Assembly (NCBI GenBank): GCA_963692865.2
Contig: OY843592.1
Location: 2,688,001-2,752,000 of the forward strand
Direction: 5' to 3'
DNA length: 64,000 bases
From: a bacterium
GTDB lineage: Bacteria > UBA8248
Within the stretch, counting starts at the first letter, position 1; every line of letters begins with the position of its first letter. Below, piece by piece: positions 1 through 8,503 of this stretch. Both the position numbers and the translations under genes were made by a program. The notes beneath the pieces are model-generated. The model was given only the letters and a program-made list of their open reading frames with translations, was not told the origin of the DNA and searched no databases.

Positions 1-1348
1 CCCGGTGCGCCGTCACGTCCCCCACGCCGGGCAGGAGCTTGAGCGCGCGCTTCCAGGCCAGTTCGTCCGCAGGCGAACTCACGAGCCTCAGGAACGCCGT
101 AACGTCCTTGATGTGGCGCTGCTCGAAAAAGCGCAGCCCGCTCCTGATCTCGAAGGGAATCCCCCGGCGGGTAAGCTCCATCTGAAGCTCCATCGAGTGG
201 TAGTGCGCCCGGTAGAGCACCGCTATATGGGAGAGCGGCACGTCATCCTCGTCGCGCAGCGCCAGCGTGCGGTCGACCACGAAGTCCGCCTGCTGCATGG
301 CGTCGCGCGCGGCCACGAGGGCGGGCTTCATCCCCTCGCCGCGCGTGGTTTTGAGGTTTTTCTCGAACTGGCGCTTGTTGTGGGCGATGGAGGCGTTGGC
401 GAGCGACAGGATGTTGGCCGTGCTCCTGTAGTTCTCCTCCAGGCGAAAGAGCCTCGCGTCGGGATACCGTTCGGGAAAGGTGATGATGTTCTCGAAGTGC
501 GCGCCCCGGAAGCTGTAGATGCTCTGCGCGTCATCCCCCACCACGGTGACGTTTTTCTGCTCTCCGGCCAGGAGGTCCACCAGGTCGGCCTGCACCTTGT
601 TGGTATCCTGGTATTCATCCACGAGGATGTAGCGAAAACGCGTCTGGAGTTCCCGTCTGACCTCCTCGTGTTCTTTGAGCAAATCCCTCGTGAGCGAGAG
701 CAGGCCCGAGAAATCCACCGCCTGGATCTCTTTCTTGCGCTCCTCGTATCGGGCGGCGATTTGCTCTATCTCGCCCAGGCGATCCGACAGGTATGGGTAA
801 CGGCCCAACACCGTCTCCGCGGCGCTTTTGTCGGTATCGGCGGCGAGGGAGAAAACCGCCTCCAGAACGCGGCCTCTCGGTAAATACTTCTCCTTCGGGT
901 CGAACCCCGCGAGGCGGATGCACTCGGTCACCAGGTCGGCCGCGTCCTCGCGATCCAGGATGGTGAAATTCGGTCCGTAGTCGATTAGGTTCCCGTAGCG
1001 CCTAAGTATCAAATTCCCGACGTGGTGGAACGTGCCGCCCCAGACGCGCCGCGCGTCCGTCTGGATGAGCGAGGCGGCCCGGTGGAGCATCTCTCGCGCG
1101 GCCTTGTTCGTGAAGGTTACAAGGAGGATGGATTCGGGCGCGACGCCGTCTTCCACCAGGCGAGCGAGTCGGTAGGTGATGGTGTGCGTCTTGCCGCTGC
1201 CCGCGCCCGCGATGACCAGAAGCGGGCCGCCGCCCGCCATCACGACTTCGAGTTGCCGGGGGTTGAGTTTCTCTTCATACGCCTTTCGCCGCGCTGGCGA
1301 AGGAGCGGGCCTCCTAATCGTGTACGTCTTGTGCTCTCGCGCGCTCAT
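1..1348 (-). CDS. UvrD/PcrA-family ATP-dependent DNA helicase (3' end runs off the window)
   Basis: Not in ORF track; hand translation from ATG 1348: MSAREHK...LNPRQ...GPLLVIAGAGSGKT...TFTNKAAREM...GGTFH...LVDEYQDTN...VGDDAQSIYSFRGA...LEENYRS, the standard SF1 helicase motifs. Confidence 0.95.
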   Translation of the reverse strand, partial: MSAREHKTYTIRRPAPSPARRKAYEEKLNPRQLEVVMAGGGPLLVIAGAGSGKTHTITYRLARLVEDGVAPESILLVTFTNKAAREMLHRAASLIQTDARRVWGGTFHHVGNLILRRYGNLIDYGPNFTILDREDAADLVTECIRLAGFDPKEKYLPRGRVLEAVFSLAADTDKSAAETVLGRYPYLSDRLGEIEQIAARYEERKKEIQAVDFSGLLSLTRDLLKEHEEVRRELQTRFRYILVDEYQDTNKVQADLVDLLAGEQKNVTVVGDDAQSIYSFRGAHFENIITFPERYPDARLFRLEENYRSTANILSLANASIAHNKRQFEKNLKTTRGEGMKPALVAARDAMQQADFVVDRTLALRDEDDVPLSHIAVLYRAHYHSMELQMELTRRGIPFEIRSGLRFFEQRHIKDVTAFLRLVSSPADELAWKRALKLLPGVGDVTAHR

Positions 1349-1538
1349 TTCAATGCTCTCTGACCAAGTTCAAGCTTGCAGCCCTCGTCCAGCGATGCGC
1401 GATAAAACGCTGCCGCGGTTCATATCAGCACCTTAACGCTTCCCGGCGAAACGGCCCAACCGTCCATTCGGTTGACAGGCGAACGCCCCCGAAGATAAGG
1501 TAAATCCATACACGGACATCTCGGGCTGGAGCGTTCCG

Positions 1539-1730
1539 ATGGACGGATACCAGACATTCCTGGACGGCGCGGCCCTGGGCTTTTTCCTGGGCTTCATCGC
1601 CTTTTATCTGCTGCACCGCTACATGGCGCCTGGGCGGAAAAAGCCGAAAACAGAAGTCGACCGCCTCGTCGACGACATTCAGGACTACTACCGGAACGTC
1701 TCCGACCCGGAAGGCAAGGACTACGACTGA
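1539..1730 (+). CDS. small single-pass membrane protein, 63 aa
   Basis: GGAG RBS, one hydrophobic segment (AALGFFLGFIAFYLL), basic then acidic tail, GC-rich third positions; TTGACA upstream at 1471. Confidence 0.65.
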   Translation: MDGYQTFLDGAALGFFLGFIAFYLLHRYMAPGRKKPKTEVDRLVDDIQDYYRNVSDPEGKDYD

Positions 1731-1757
1731 GCCGCGCGCGCTCCCCGGGGCGCATTC

Positions 1758-2414
1758 TCAAATATAGGGCTGATACGGATTCCGCTCCGAGACGGGCGCG
1801 TCTTGTAAGTGCGCCAGGGAGTTCATCGTCACGACGCTCCAGCCCCGCTCGGGCGAATGTTCGATGATGTTCACCGCGGCGTTGTGCTGGCGTATCCGCC
1901 GGAAGCCGTCGAGGTCCACGCCCAGTATCCGGCACAGGATCATGATGATCGCCAGATTGTGGCTCACCGCGGCGATGACCTCGTTTTCGTGCGCCGCGAG
2001 GAACCGCTCCATCGCGGCCCAGGCCCGCTCCTGCAACTCCGCGAGCGTCTCGCCGCCCGGCATGCGTGCGCGAGCGGGATGGTTCCACCACACCTGCATG
2101 AAATCGGGATGCGTCTCTGGAAGGCGGCGAAAGGGTTCTCCCTCCAGTTCGCCCTGGTTCAACTCGGCGATTCCCGCCTCCTCGAGGAGCGGCGCATCCG
2201 CGGCTTGCGCGACGATCTCCGCCGTGCGCCTGGCGCGCTGGAGCGGACTCGCGTAAACGCAGACGATGGGGCGTCCGCGCAGCGCGCACGCGAGCGCCTC
2301 GGCCTGCGCGACGCCCACTTCGTTGAGCGCGGTGTCGGATATTCCCTGTATGCGCTGCTCGACGTTCCAGTCCGTCTCGCCGTGTCGCAAGAGATAAAGA
2401 AGCAAAGCGGTCAA
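1758..2414 (-). CDS. histidine phosphatase (phosphoglycerate-mutase/CobC-like) family protein
   Basis: RHGETDWN catalytic motif, SPLQRA, GGET, VSH. Confidence 0.92.
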   Translation of the reverse strand: MTALLLYLLRHGETDWNVEQRIQGISDTALNEVGVAQAEALACALRGRPIVCVYASPLQRARRTAEIVAQAADAPLLEEAGIAELNQGELEGEPFRRLPETHPDFMQVWWNHPARARMPGGETLAELQERAWAAMERFLAAHENEVIAAVSHNLAIIMILCRILGVDLDGFRRIRQHNAAVNIIEHSPERGWSVVTMNSLAHLQDAPVSERNPYQPYI

Positions 2415-2448
2415 ACTCCGGTGGGCGGACGCCCGGGCGAGCGTCTCC

Positions 2449-3012
2449 TTAGTTGTTGTCCTCTTTCATAAAATCGTCGGGCTTTAAGTTCTTGAGCCAC
2501 TCCTTGACGTCCTCGGGCTCCTCTTCGATCGGCTTTTCCTCCTCGGGGGGCGCGTCTTCCCCGCCGCCCGCCCCCATTCCGGAGACGCCCTCTTTCCCTT
2601 CCTCTTCGTTGAACTGGATGCTCTTCGCCTCCTCGAGCACCTTCTCCTCGACGAATATCGGGCTGCCCATGCGCAGGGCGACGGCGATGGCGTCGGAGGG
2701 CCTCGAATCGACGACGACTTCCGAGGCGTTTATGGAGAGGTGGATTTCGGCGAAGAAGGTGTTGTCCCGCAGATCGTTGATGAGGATCTTGTCCACCCGG
2801 CCATTGAGGTCGTTGATCATGTTCTTGATCAGGTCGTGGGTCATCGGACGCGGCGTCTCGAAGCTCTCGATCTCGCGCGCGATGGCGTGCGCCTCGAAAA
2901 TGCCCACCCAGATGGGCAGGGCCCGGTCTCCGTCGGTCTCGCGCAGCACCACAATCGGCACGTTGGTGTGCGGGTCGAGCGTGAGGCCCTTGATTTTCAT
3001 CTCGATCATCAT
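2449..3012 (-). CDS. bifunctional nuclease family protein (DUF151)
   Basis: LPIWVG..EA, RPMTHDL, DSRPSDAIAVALR; start MMIEMK overlaps miaB stop (ATGA). Confidence 0.92.
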   Translation of the reverse strand: MMIEMKIKGLTLDPHTNVPIVVLRETDGDRALPIWVGIFEAHAIAREIESFETPRPMTHDLIKNMINDLNGRVDKILINDLRDNTFFAEIHLSINASEVVVDSRPSDAIAVALRMGSPIFVEEKVLEEAKSIQFNEEEGKEGVSGMGAGGGEDAPPEEEKPIEEEPEDVKEWLKNLKPDDFMKEDNN

Positions 3013-4403
3013 TCCCCTTCCTCCATCACCACGGCGCTCGGCGGCGAGACTCCGGCCAGAGAGTGAACCCCGCCCCGCATGATCTTCACCTCGACCACTT
3101 CTCCCGTCTCGGGTGTATAACCCTCCGCGTATAATTGTACCCTGTGATTGCCCCGGCTGCGACCCGCGAACCACTTCGATTCCGATTCATCCGCGAAATC
3201 CGGGCAGCCCGCGCAGCCTGCGGGCGCGCTCTTGGGCTTCACCGCCCCCTCGACCATCACTTCCTGAACGCCGCCGACGAGTTCCGCGTGCAGGCTCTCG
3301 GTCATCTCGCGCTGCACCCGGCTGGCCTCCTCGAAGCGCTCGGAGACCACCTCTTCGGGCAGGGTGTCCTCCATGTCGAACGCGGGCGTTCCGGGCCGGG
3401 GGGAGTACTTGAACATGTAGATGTTGTCGTAGCGCGCCTCGCGCAAGACGCGCAGCGTGCCCTCGAAGTCCTCGTCCCGCTCGCCGGGGAAGCCGATGAT
3501 GACGTCGGAAGTCAGCACCCCGCCCTTTACGCGCTCCCGGAACAGAGAAACCTTATCGAGGTATTCCTCCGCCGTGTAGCCCCGCTCCATGCGCGCGAGC
3601 ACGGCGTCCGCCCCCGACTGCACCGGCAGGTGAAGATGCTCGCACACTTTTGGCGATTCCCCCATCGCTTCGACCATGTCCTCATCACAGTCCTTGGGGT
3701 GCGACGTCATGAAGCGGATGCGCTCGAGCCCGTCCACCTCGTTCAAGCGCCTCAGCAGCCCGCCGAAGGTAAGTTCGCCCGGTGATTTGCGGCCGTAGGA
3801 GTTCACGTTCTGGCCGAGGAGCGTGACTTCGCGGAAACCCTCCTCCACCGCGCGCTCTACTTCTTCCACGATGAGTTCGCTCGGCTTGCTCCATTCGGGT
3901 CCGCGCGTGTAGGGCACGACGCAGAAGGTGCAGAAATTATCGCACCCGCGCGCGATGCTCACGAAGGCGTTCAGGCCGCCGCCGCGCGCCATCGGAGCGA
4001 GTTCGGTGAAATCGGGCGCTATCGGCTCGGTATCGACCACCCGGCGCTCTCCCATCTCCTCCAGCAGGGTCGGGAGCTTGGCGATGTTCTGGGTACCGAA
4101 GACGAGGTCGACCGTTTTGCCGCGCTTCGCAATGGCCTCCCCGTCGCGCGTGGCGAAACAGCCGCACACGCCGATCTTGAGGGCGGGGTTCTCCTTCTTC
4201 AGCTTGTCGAGGCGCCCGATTTGGCTATACACCTTCTGCTCCGCCTTGTCGCGGATCGAGCAGGTGTTCAGCAGGATGAGGTCGGCCGCCTCGTTCGATT
4301 CGGTCTCCTCATACCCTTCAGCCTCCAGATACCCGGTGATGGTCTCCGTGTCGTAACGGTTCATCTGGCAGCCGTATGTGAATATCTTGAACTTCTTGCT
4401 CAA
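3009..4403 (-). CDS. miaB: tRNA-i6A37 methylthiotransferase MiaB
   Basis: TYGCQMN, NTCSIRDKAEQK, radical-SAM CxxxCxxC (CDNFCTFC), YSPRPGT, C-terminal TRAM domain. Confidence 0.95.
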   Translation of the reverse strand: MSKKFKIFTYGCQMNRYDTETITGYLEAEGYEETESNEAADLILLNTCSIRDKAEQKVYSQIGRLDKLKKENPALKIGVCGCFATRDGEAIAKRGKTVDLVFGTQNIAKLPTLLEEMGERRVVDTEPIAPDFTELAPMARGGGLNAFVSIARGCDNFCTFCVVPYTRGPEWSKPSELIVEEVERAVEEGFREVTLLGQNVNSYGRKSPGELTFGGLLRRLNEVDGLERIRFMTSHPKDCDEDMVEAMGESPKVCEHLHLPVQSGADAVLARMERGYTAEEYLDKVSLFRERVKGGVLTSDVIIGFPGERDEDFEGTLRVLREARYDNIYMFKYSPRPGTPAFDMEDTLPEEVVSERFEEASRVQREMTESLHAELVGGVQEVMVEGAVKPKSAPAGCAGCPDFADESESKWFAGRSRGNHRVQLYAEGYTPETGEVVEVKIMRGGVHSLAGVSPPSAVVMEEGE

Positions 4404-4599
4404 GGCGCGCTCCTGGGTCTTTCCGGTATCCGGCGACCCTCTGTTGGGCGCACGTCCAATACGCCGCCCCTGAAATTCTTCGGGCCATATTGCGAGGGCG
4501 TGTTTTCGATGTCAACTTGGATGATGGAAAAGAGGCCCGCATTTTGCTAAAGCTGTCGAGAGTTTGCGCTTTTTTCATCCAAAAGAACGGGTATGCGTC

Positions 4600-5163
4600 A
4601 TGCGCGCGGTCTGTTTTCATGGAAGACGAGAAATCGGCGGAGAGGGTCTTTTCCTGAACGCGGCGCGCATATTCGCAGGCGCGGCCAACCGCGCGGGGTT
4701 TTCCGCCCAGGCGCGCACGCCGGGCTTCCCTTCCCCGCCCGGCTCGCCCGACAGGGCCGTAGTGAAAATTTCAAGAGAACAACTCGCGGACCTCGCCATA
4801 CCGTCTGAATATGACCTGGAAGTCGTCTGCGACCCCCTCCTCGCCGTCGCGCCCCCGATGGGAGACGCCCTGAAAGGCCCTGAAGGCATCCTCGTCCTGA
4901 ACACGCAAAACACCGTGCAGGGCCGCGATTTCCGCATCGCCTCGGTGGACCTGGACGCCATCGCCTCTGCGCGCGGCGCATCGCCCGAGGCGGCGCATCT
5001 GGGCGCGGCGCTGGCCGCCTGGGAGGAGCTTGAGGGAGGTATTTCGGCGCGAGACGTTACCGAGGCGCACCTGGAAATTACGGGCGAGCCCATGCGTGAA
5101 GCGGAAAAAGAAGCGCTGGGCGAAGCCGTTTCGATGACGAAAAGGGCGTTTGGCGCCGAATAA
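4600..5163 (+). CDS. 2-oxoacid:acceptor oxidoreductase gamma-subunit-like protein (divergent)
   Basis: N-terminal FHGR..GG.G, AVVKIS, D..VV.DP.L, G.LV.N and A.LGA patterns resemble the POR/VOR gamma subunit. Confidence 0.65.
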   Translation: MRAVCFHGRREIGGEGLFLNAARIFAGAANRAGFSAQARTPGFPSPPGSPDRAVVKISREQLADLAIPSEYDLEVVCDPLLAVAPPMGDALKGPEGILVLNTQNTVQGRDFRIASVDLDAIASARGASPEAAHLGAALAAWEELEGGISARDVTEAHLEITGEPMREAEKEALGEAVSMTKRAFGAE

Positions 5164-5236
5164 CGAGAAGGCGGCCTGAGTGGGGGCTGTTGAAAAAGCC
5201 CACAGAAGGAGCACACTAAATTTCACTCCCTTGAGA

Positions 5237-5534
5237 GGGTTGTTGAAAAAGCTTCGCTTCCCCTGGGGCTGACCTTCGCCTTTGTTCGTCATTCCGGCGA
5301 AAGCCGGAATCCATTTTGCCTTTGACCCTTCGCCCGGACGTCCTCGCTCCCGGCCGGGGAGGATACGGACGCCGCGATATACATCCACTTCATCCGTTCC
5401 GGACTAAGGCGCGGCGCGCCTTCCCGCAAGTCGGAATCAAATGCAAAAACGAAGGCAAAAATCATAAAATGGATTCCGGCTTTCGCCGGAATGACGGTGG
5501 TTTTCCCACATCGAGGGACTTTTTCAACAACTCC
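5237..5534. mobile_element. MITE-like element with GTTGTTGAAAAAG/CTTTTTCAACAAC ends enclosing a REP-like inverted pair
   Basis: Terminal inverted repeats at ~5238-5251 and ~5519-5532; an additional GGCTGTTGAAAAAG end at 5185-5198. Confidence 0.55.
5288..5495. repeat. perfect 30-bp inverted repeat of self-palindromic REP-like units
   Basis: GTCATTCCGGCGAAAGCCGGAATCCATTTT (5288-5317) and its exact reverse complement (5466-5495); each unit folds ATTCCGGC-GAAA-GCCGGAAT. Confidence 0.9.
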
Positions 5535-5723
5535 GAGTGGGACCGCATTTCTCGCCCAACATCCATTTCTCCGGGTATCCTCCCGTTTTGCGTTGACCTC
5601 TCTTCGGCGCAAAGTGTAGTTTGTGCCCATCAGTTCCCGCCCGGAGGCGAGTAGACCACGCTTGCTCCTTGAGCAGGAAAGGCGTGCCTCCCGCCGCCCA
5701 CACCCGCCCACGGAAAGATCCGA

Positions 5724-6968
5724 ATGAAGCAGTTCTCGCGCACAAGCGCGCCCTGGCTCTTGCTCGTCGCGTTCCTGGTTTCGGGGTGTTCTTATTTTGA
5801 AGACAATTTCCTCGCGCGCCTCATCGCGCCGGAACCGTTCGAAATCGGCCTATGGGCGCAGGCGGAGGGCGTGAACCGCACCCTCGACAGCGCCGGGAAA
5901 ATCAAGGCTCTGGTCAAGCGCGCCTGCGCCGCCGGCGTCACGGACATCTACGCGCAAGTCTACCGGTCGGGCCGCGCATGGTTCCCAACGTCGCTGGCTG
6001 ATGATTCTCCCGCCAAGCGCGCCGGGCAGGATCCCCTGACCCATCTGCTCGACCTCACCTCCCGGGGCGAAAAATACGACTGCCCCATGCGGGTCCATGC
6101 GTGGATAAACGCGTTCGCTCTTGCGAGAAACAAAAAAGCGCCCATCATCCGCGAACTCGGAGCCGAGGCCGTGCTCAAGGATCAGCACGGGCGCTCGCTC
6201 CTCGAATACCCCCTTTCGGGAAAACCCCCGTGGGCGAAAGGCTTCGGCCTGGGGACGCCGGGCATTTTTCTCGACCCCGGCCATCCGGGGGTGCGCAAGC
6301 GCATCATCGACGTTGCGGCGGATTTGGTAAGAAAATACCCGGCGCTTGCGGGAATACATCTTGATTTCATCCGCTACCCCTACGCGCTTCCCATATCGCC
6401 GGGGTCGCGCTTCTCCCCGCGCCTGGATTTCGGCTACAACGGCGCCACCATCGCCCGTTTCGAGCGAGAGACCGGCAAAACCGCGCCGCGCGCAGGTGCG
6501 AGCGTGAAGAGCGCCGACGCTGCGGCGTGGGACGACTGGAGGCGGGCGCAGGTAACGGCGGCAGTTCGCGGCGTTTATGAAACAACGAAAGGTTTAAGGG
6601 GACAAGTAATTGTTTCCGCTGCGGTTCTACCTTGGGCCGAACGGGCCTATCTCTCCGCCTTTCAGGACTGGCGCGGCTGGCTCGAAAAGGGTTTTCTGGA
6701 TAAGGCCGTGGTCATGAACTATACCGGGGATGAACACTTGGCCGCTCAAATCAGCCGAAGCGCGCTCGCCGCCAGGAGGATGAAACCGCCTCATCCGCGC
6801 GCGCGCCAGGTCGTCATCGGCCTGGGGGCATATCTGTTCACGAAACGCCCGGCGGGCTTGTGGCGCGAATGGCGCACCGCCCGGGAAGCCGGGGCCGATG
6901 GCGTTGCGCTTTTCTCCTACGATCAGATGGCAGGAAACGATGCGATGTGGAAATTCCCCGTTCGGTGA
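5724..6968 (+). CDS. glycoside hydrolase-like family 10 (DUF187/YddW-like) lipoprotein
   Basis: Lipobox LVSGC; RVHAW, LDPGHP.VR, GIHLDFIRYP, QDWxxWL, G..LFSY. Confidence 0.85.
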   Translation: MKQFSRTSAPWLLLVAFLVSGCSYFEDNFLARLIAPEPFEIGLWAQAEGVNRTLDSAGKIKALVKRACAAGVTDIYAQVYRSGRAWFPTSLADDSPAKRAGQDPLTHLLDLTSRGEKYDCPMRVHAWINAFALARNKKAPIIRELGAEAVLKDQHGRSLLEYPLSGKPPWAKGFGLGTPGIFLDPGHPGVRKRIIDVAADLVRKYPALAGIHLDFIRYPYALPISPGSRFSPRLDFGYNGATIARFERETGKTAPRAGASVKSADAAAWDDWRRAQVTAAVRGVYETTKGLRGQVIVSAAVLPWAERAYLSAFQDWRGWLEKGFLDKAVVMNYTGDEHLAAQISRSALAARRMKPPHPRARQVVIGLGAYLFTKRPAGLWREWRTAREAGADGVALFSYDQMAGNDAMWKFPVR

Positions 6969-7004
6969 CTTCACCGCATCCATCGGCGGACAAGCGTTTT
7001 GGAC

Positions 7005-7033
7005 TTGCCAGAAATGGCCTCGAAAGCTATAAT
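7005..7033 (+). promoter_or_regulatory. sigma70 promoter of the HU gene
   Basis: TTGCCA-N17-TATAAT. Confidence 0.8.
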
Positions 7034-7187
7034 TTGTATTTGGTAACATCATTACCCGCCCTTTTGTTTCACTTCCGCCTAACAATTTTGAGTTTCTGTT
7101 GTTGGACATGGTTTCAACAAACAGAGAAGGCGTGAGCGCGCACGCACCGCCCGCGCGCCGCTCAGGGCGAAAGAGGAGAAGAAGAAA

Positions 7188-7460
7188 ATGAACAAAGGCG
7201 AACTCGCAGACGCCATCGCCGAGCAGGCGAACCTGAGCAAGTCGAGCGCACAGGGCGTAGTCGACGCATTCGTGGGCGCCGTAACCTCGGCGCTCAAGAG
7301 CGGGGACAAGGTGACGCTCACGGGCTTCGGCACCTTCAGCGTCTCCCAGCGGGCGGCCCGCAAGGCGCGCAACCCGAGGACGGGCGAGGAGATTCAGGTG
7401 GCCGCGGCGACCGTGCCGAAGTTCAAGGCGGGAGCCGGCCTGAAGGCCTCCGTGAACTAG
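7188..7460 (+). CDS. hup: HU family DNA-binding protein
   Basis: MNKGEL..., GFGTF, RAARKARNPRTGE, VPKFKAG; GAGGAG RBS. Confidence 0.97.
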   Translation: MNKGELADAIAEQANLSKSSAQGVVDAFVGAVTSALKSGDKVTLTGFGTFSVSQRAARKARNPRTGEEIQVAAATVPKFKAGAGLKASVN

Positions 7461-7504
7461 GACGCGCTATCCCGACTGCCGGTAATCCGGCTCGGCCGTA
7501 AAAA

Positions 7505-7661
7505 GAACCTCAAAATCCGAGGGGTATATCTGTGCTGAAAGGCGTAAGGAATACCCTATCGAGATAGAGTGAGTGGGTTGGTGTGCCTGGAAAGAGGCGC
7601 TGAAACAGTCTTTCACCTGACATTGGAGCAGAAAAACTAACGAGACTTACGGGTTTGGTTC
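7505..7661 (+). ncRNA. candidate 6S RNA (SsrS-like rod-shaped structured RNA)
   Basis: Nested pairings GAACC/GGTTC, AAATCCG/CGGGTTT, TGCT/AGCA, GTGA/TCAC and apical GTGCCT/AGGCGC; segments GGTTGGTGTGCCTG, GCTGAAAC and TTCACCT resemble 6S RNA as recalled; no ORF. Confidence 0.5.
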
Positions 7662-7680
7662 GACCCCGAAGCGGGAACGC

Positions 7681-8490
7681 TCAGGGAGTCTCGCCCTCTA
7701 TCGCGGTTTCTCCTTGCCATGCCTCCCAATCCGAGAGCGCATCCACCGATTCGTCGATAAAATCCATATAATCGCCCGTCATCCGCGCCCCCTCTTCGAT
7801 GAGACGGCATGTCTTCTCCGTGTTCTCCTCGCCGAAGGGCAACCCGAGCTTTCTCAAGACGATTTTCGTTCGCCCGCCTACGAAGAGGTGATCGACGTCG
7901 TGCATATCGCCATAAAACTTGCGAGGAGCGCCGCGCGCCCGCGCGACTTTCTCGGGCTTGCAGCCATATAAGGCGCCGAGACCCTCCGCGTATTCTCGTT
8001 TCTGCGCGTCGCTCATCGCGTCCTGGGCGTCCCGGAGCTGCACTCCCACCGTCCCGTCGTCGAGATGTATGGCGTAATCCACGGCGATTTCAACCAGCAC
8101 GTGCGCGAGGTAGTGGAGCGTGGCCTCATCGGTTTTCACGCCCATCTTTTGCGTAAACTCCCGCATCAGGGGTATGAGCGCGCCACCCTTTCGGTAGGTG
8201 TAGCCCTGTTTTTGAGAAGGCGCCAATCCGCTCGCCGCCTTGGCGATGCTCCCGTAGTGGCAGATGTTGTCGACCACCAGATGGCATTTCACCCACAATA
8301 GTTTCGGGAATCGCTCCATCACGCCCGCCTGCGGCGCGAAGCGGTGGGTGTCCCTGGGCTTGAACTCTCCCGAGAGAGGCAGGGAGTCGGGCGCCACGTT
8401 GTAGACGTAGGCGTCATCGCCTGGATGGGGCGCCTCCGGGTGGCGCTCCAGCAACTTTCTTAGAACCAACGTGTGGCAGTTTGTGAGCAA
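7681..8490 (-). CDS. hypothetical protein resembling the Zn-dependent phospholipase C fold
   Basis: TTG start after GGAGG; N-terminal His (TNCH), APD, TH, HLVVD...H, H..VE...D pattern. Confidence 0.6.
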   Translation of the reverse strand: MLTNCHTLVLRKLLERHPEAPHPGDDAYVYNVAPDSLPLSGEFKPRDTHRFAPQAGVMERFPKLLWVKCHLVVDNICHYGSIAKAASGLAPSQKQGYTYRKGGALIPLMREFTQKMGVKTDEATLHYLAHVLVEIAVDYAIHLDDGTVGVQLRDAQDAMSDAQKREYAEGLGALYGCKPEKVARARGAPRKFYGDMHDVDHLFVGGRTKIVLRKLGLPFGEENTEKTCRLIEEGARMTGDYMDFIDESVDALSDWEAWQGETAIEGETP

Positions 8491-8503
8491 GAGCTTCGCC
8501 TCC

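Noticed and set aside
5-883. 292-aa plus-strand ORF
   Set aside because: Shadow of the UvrD/PcrA helicase on the minus strand
5289-5745. ORFs overlapping the palindromic element (WIPAFAGMT / VIPAKAGIH)
   Set aside because: These peptides are translations of the REP-like repeat, not genes
7628-7676. tRNA or tmRNA suggested by GGTTCGACCCC
   Set aside because: No cloverleaf, acceptor stem, CCA end or tag reading frame ending in ALAA-like residues
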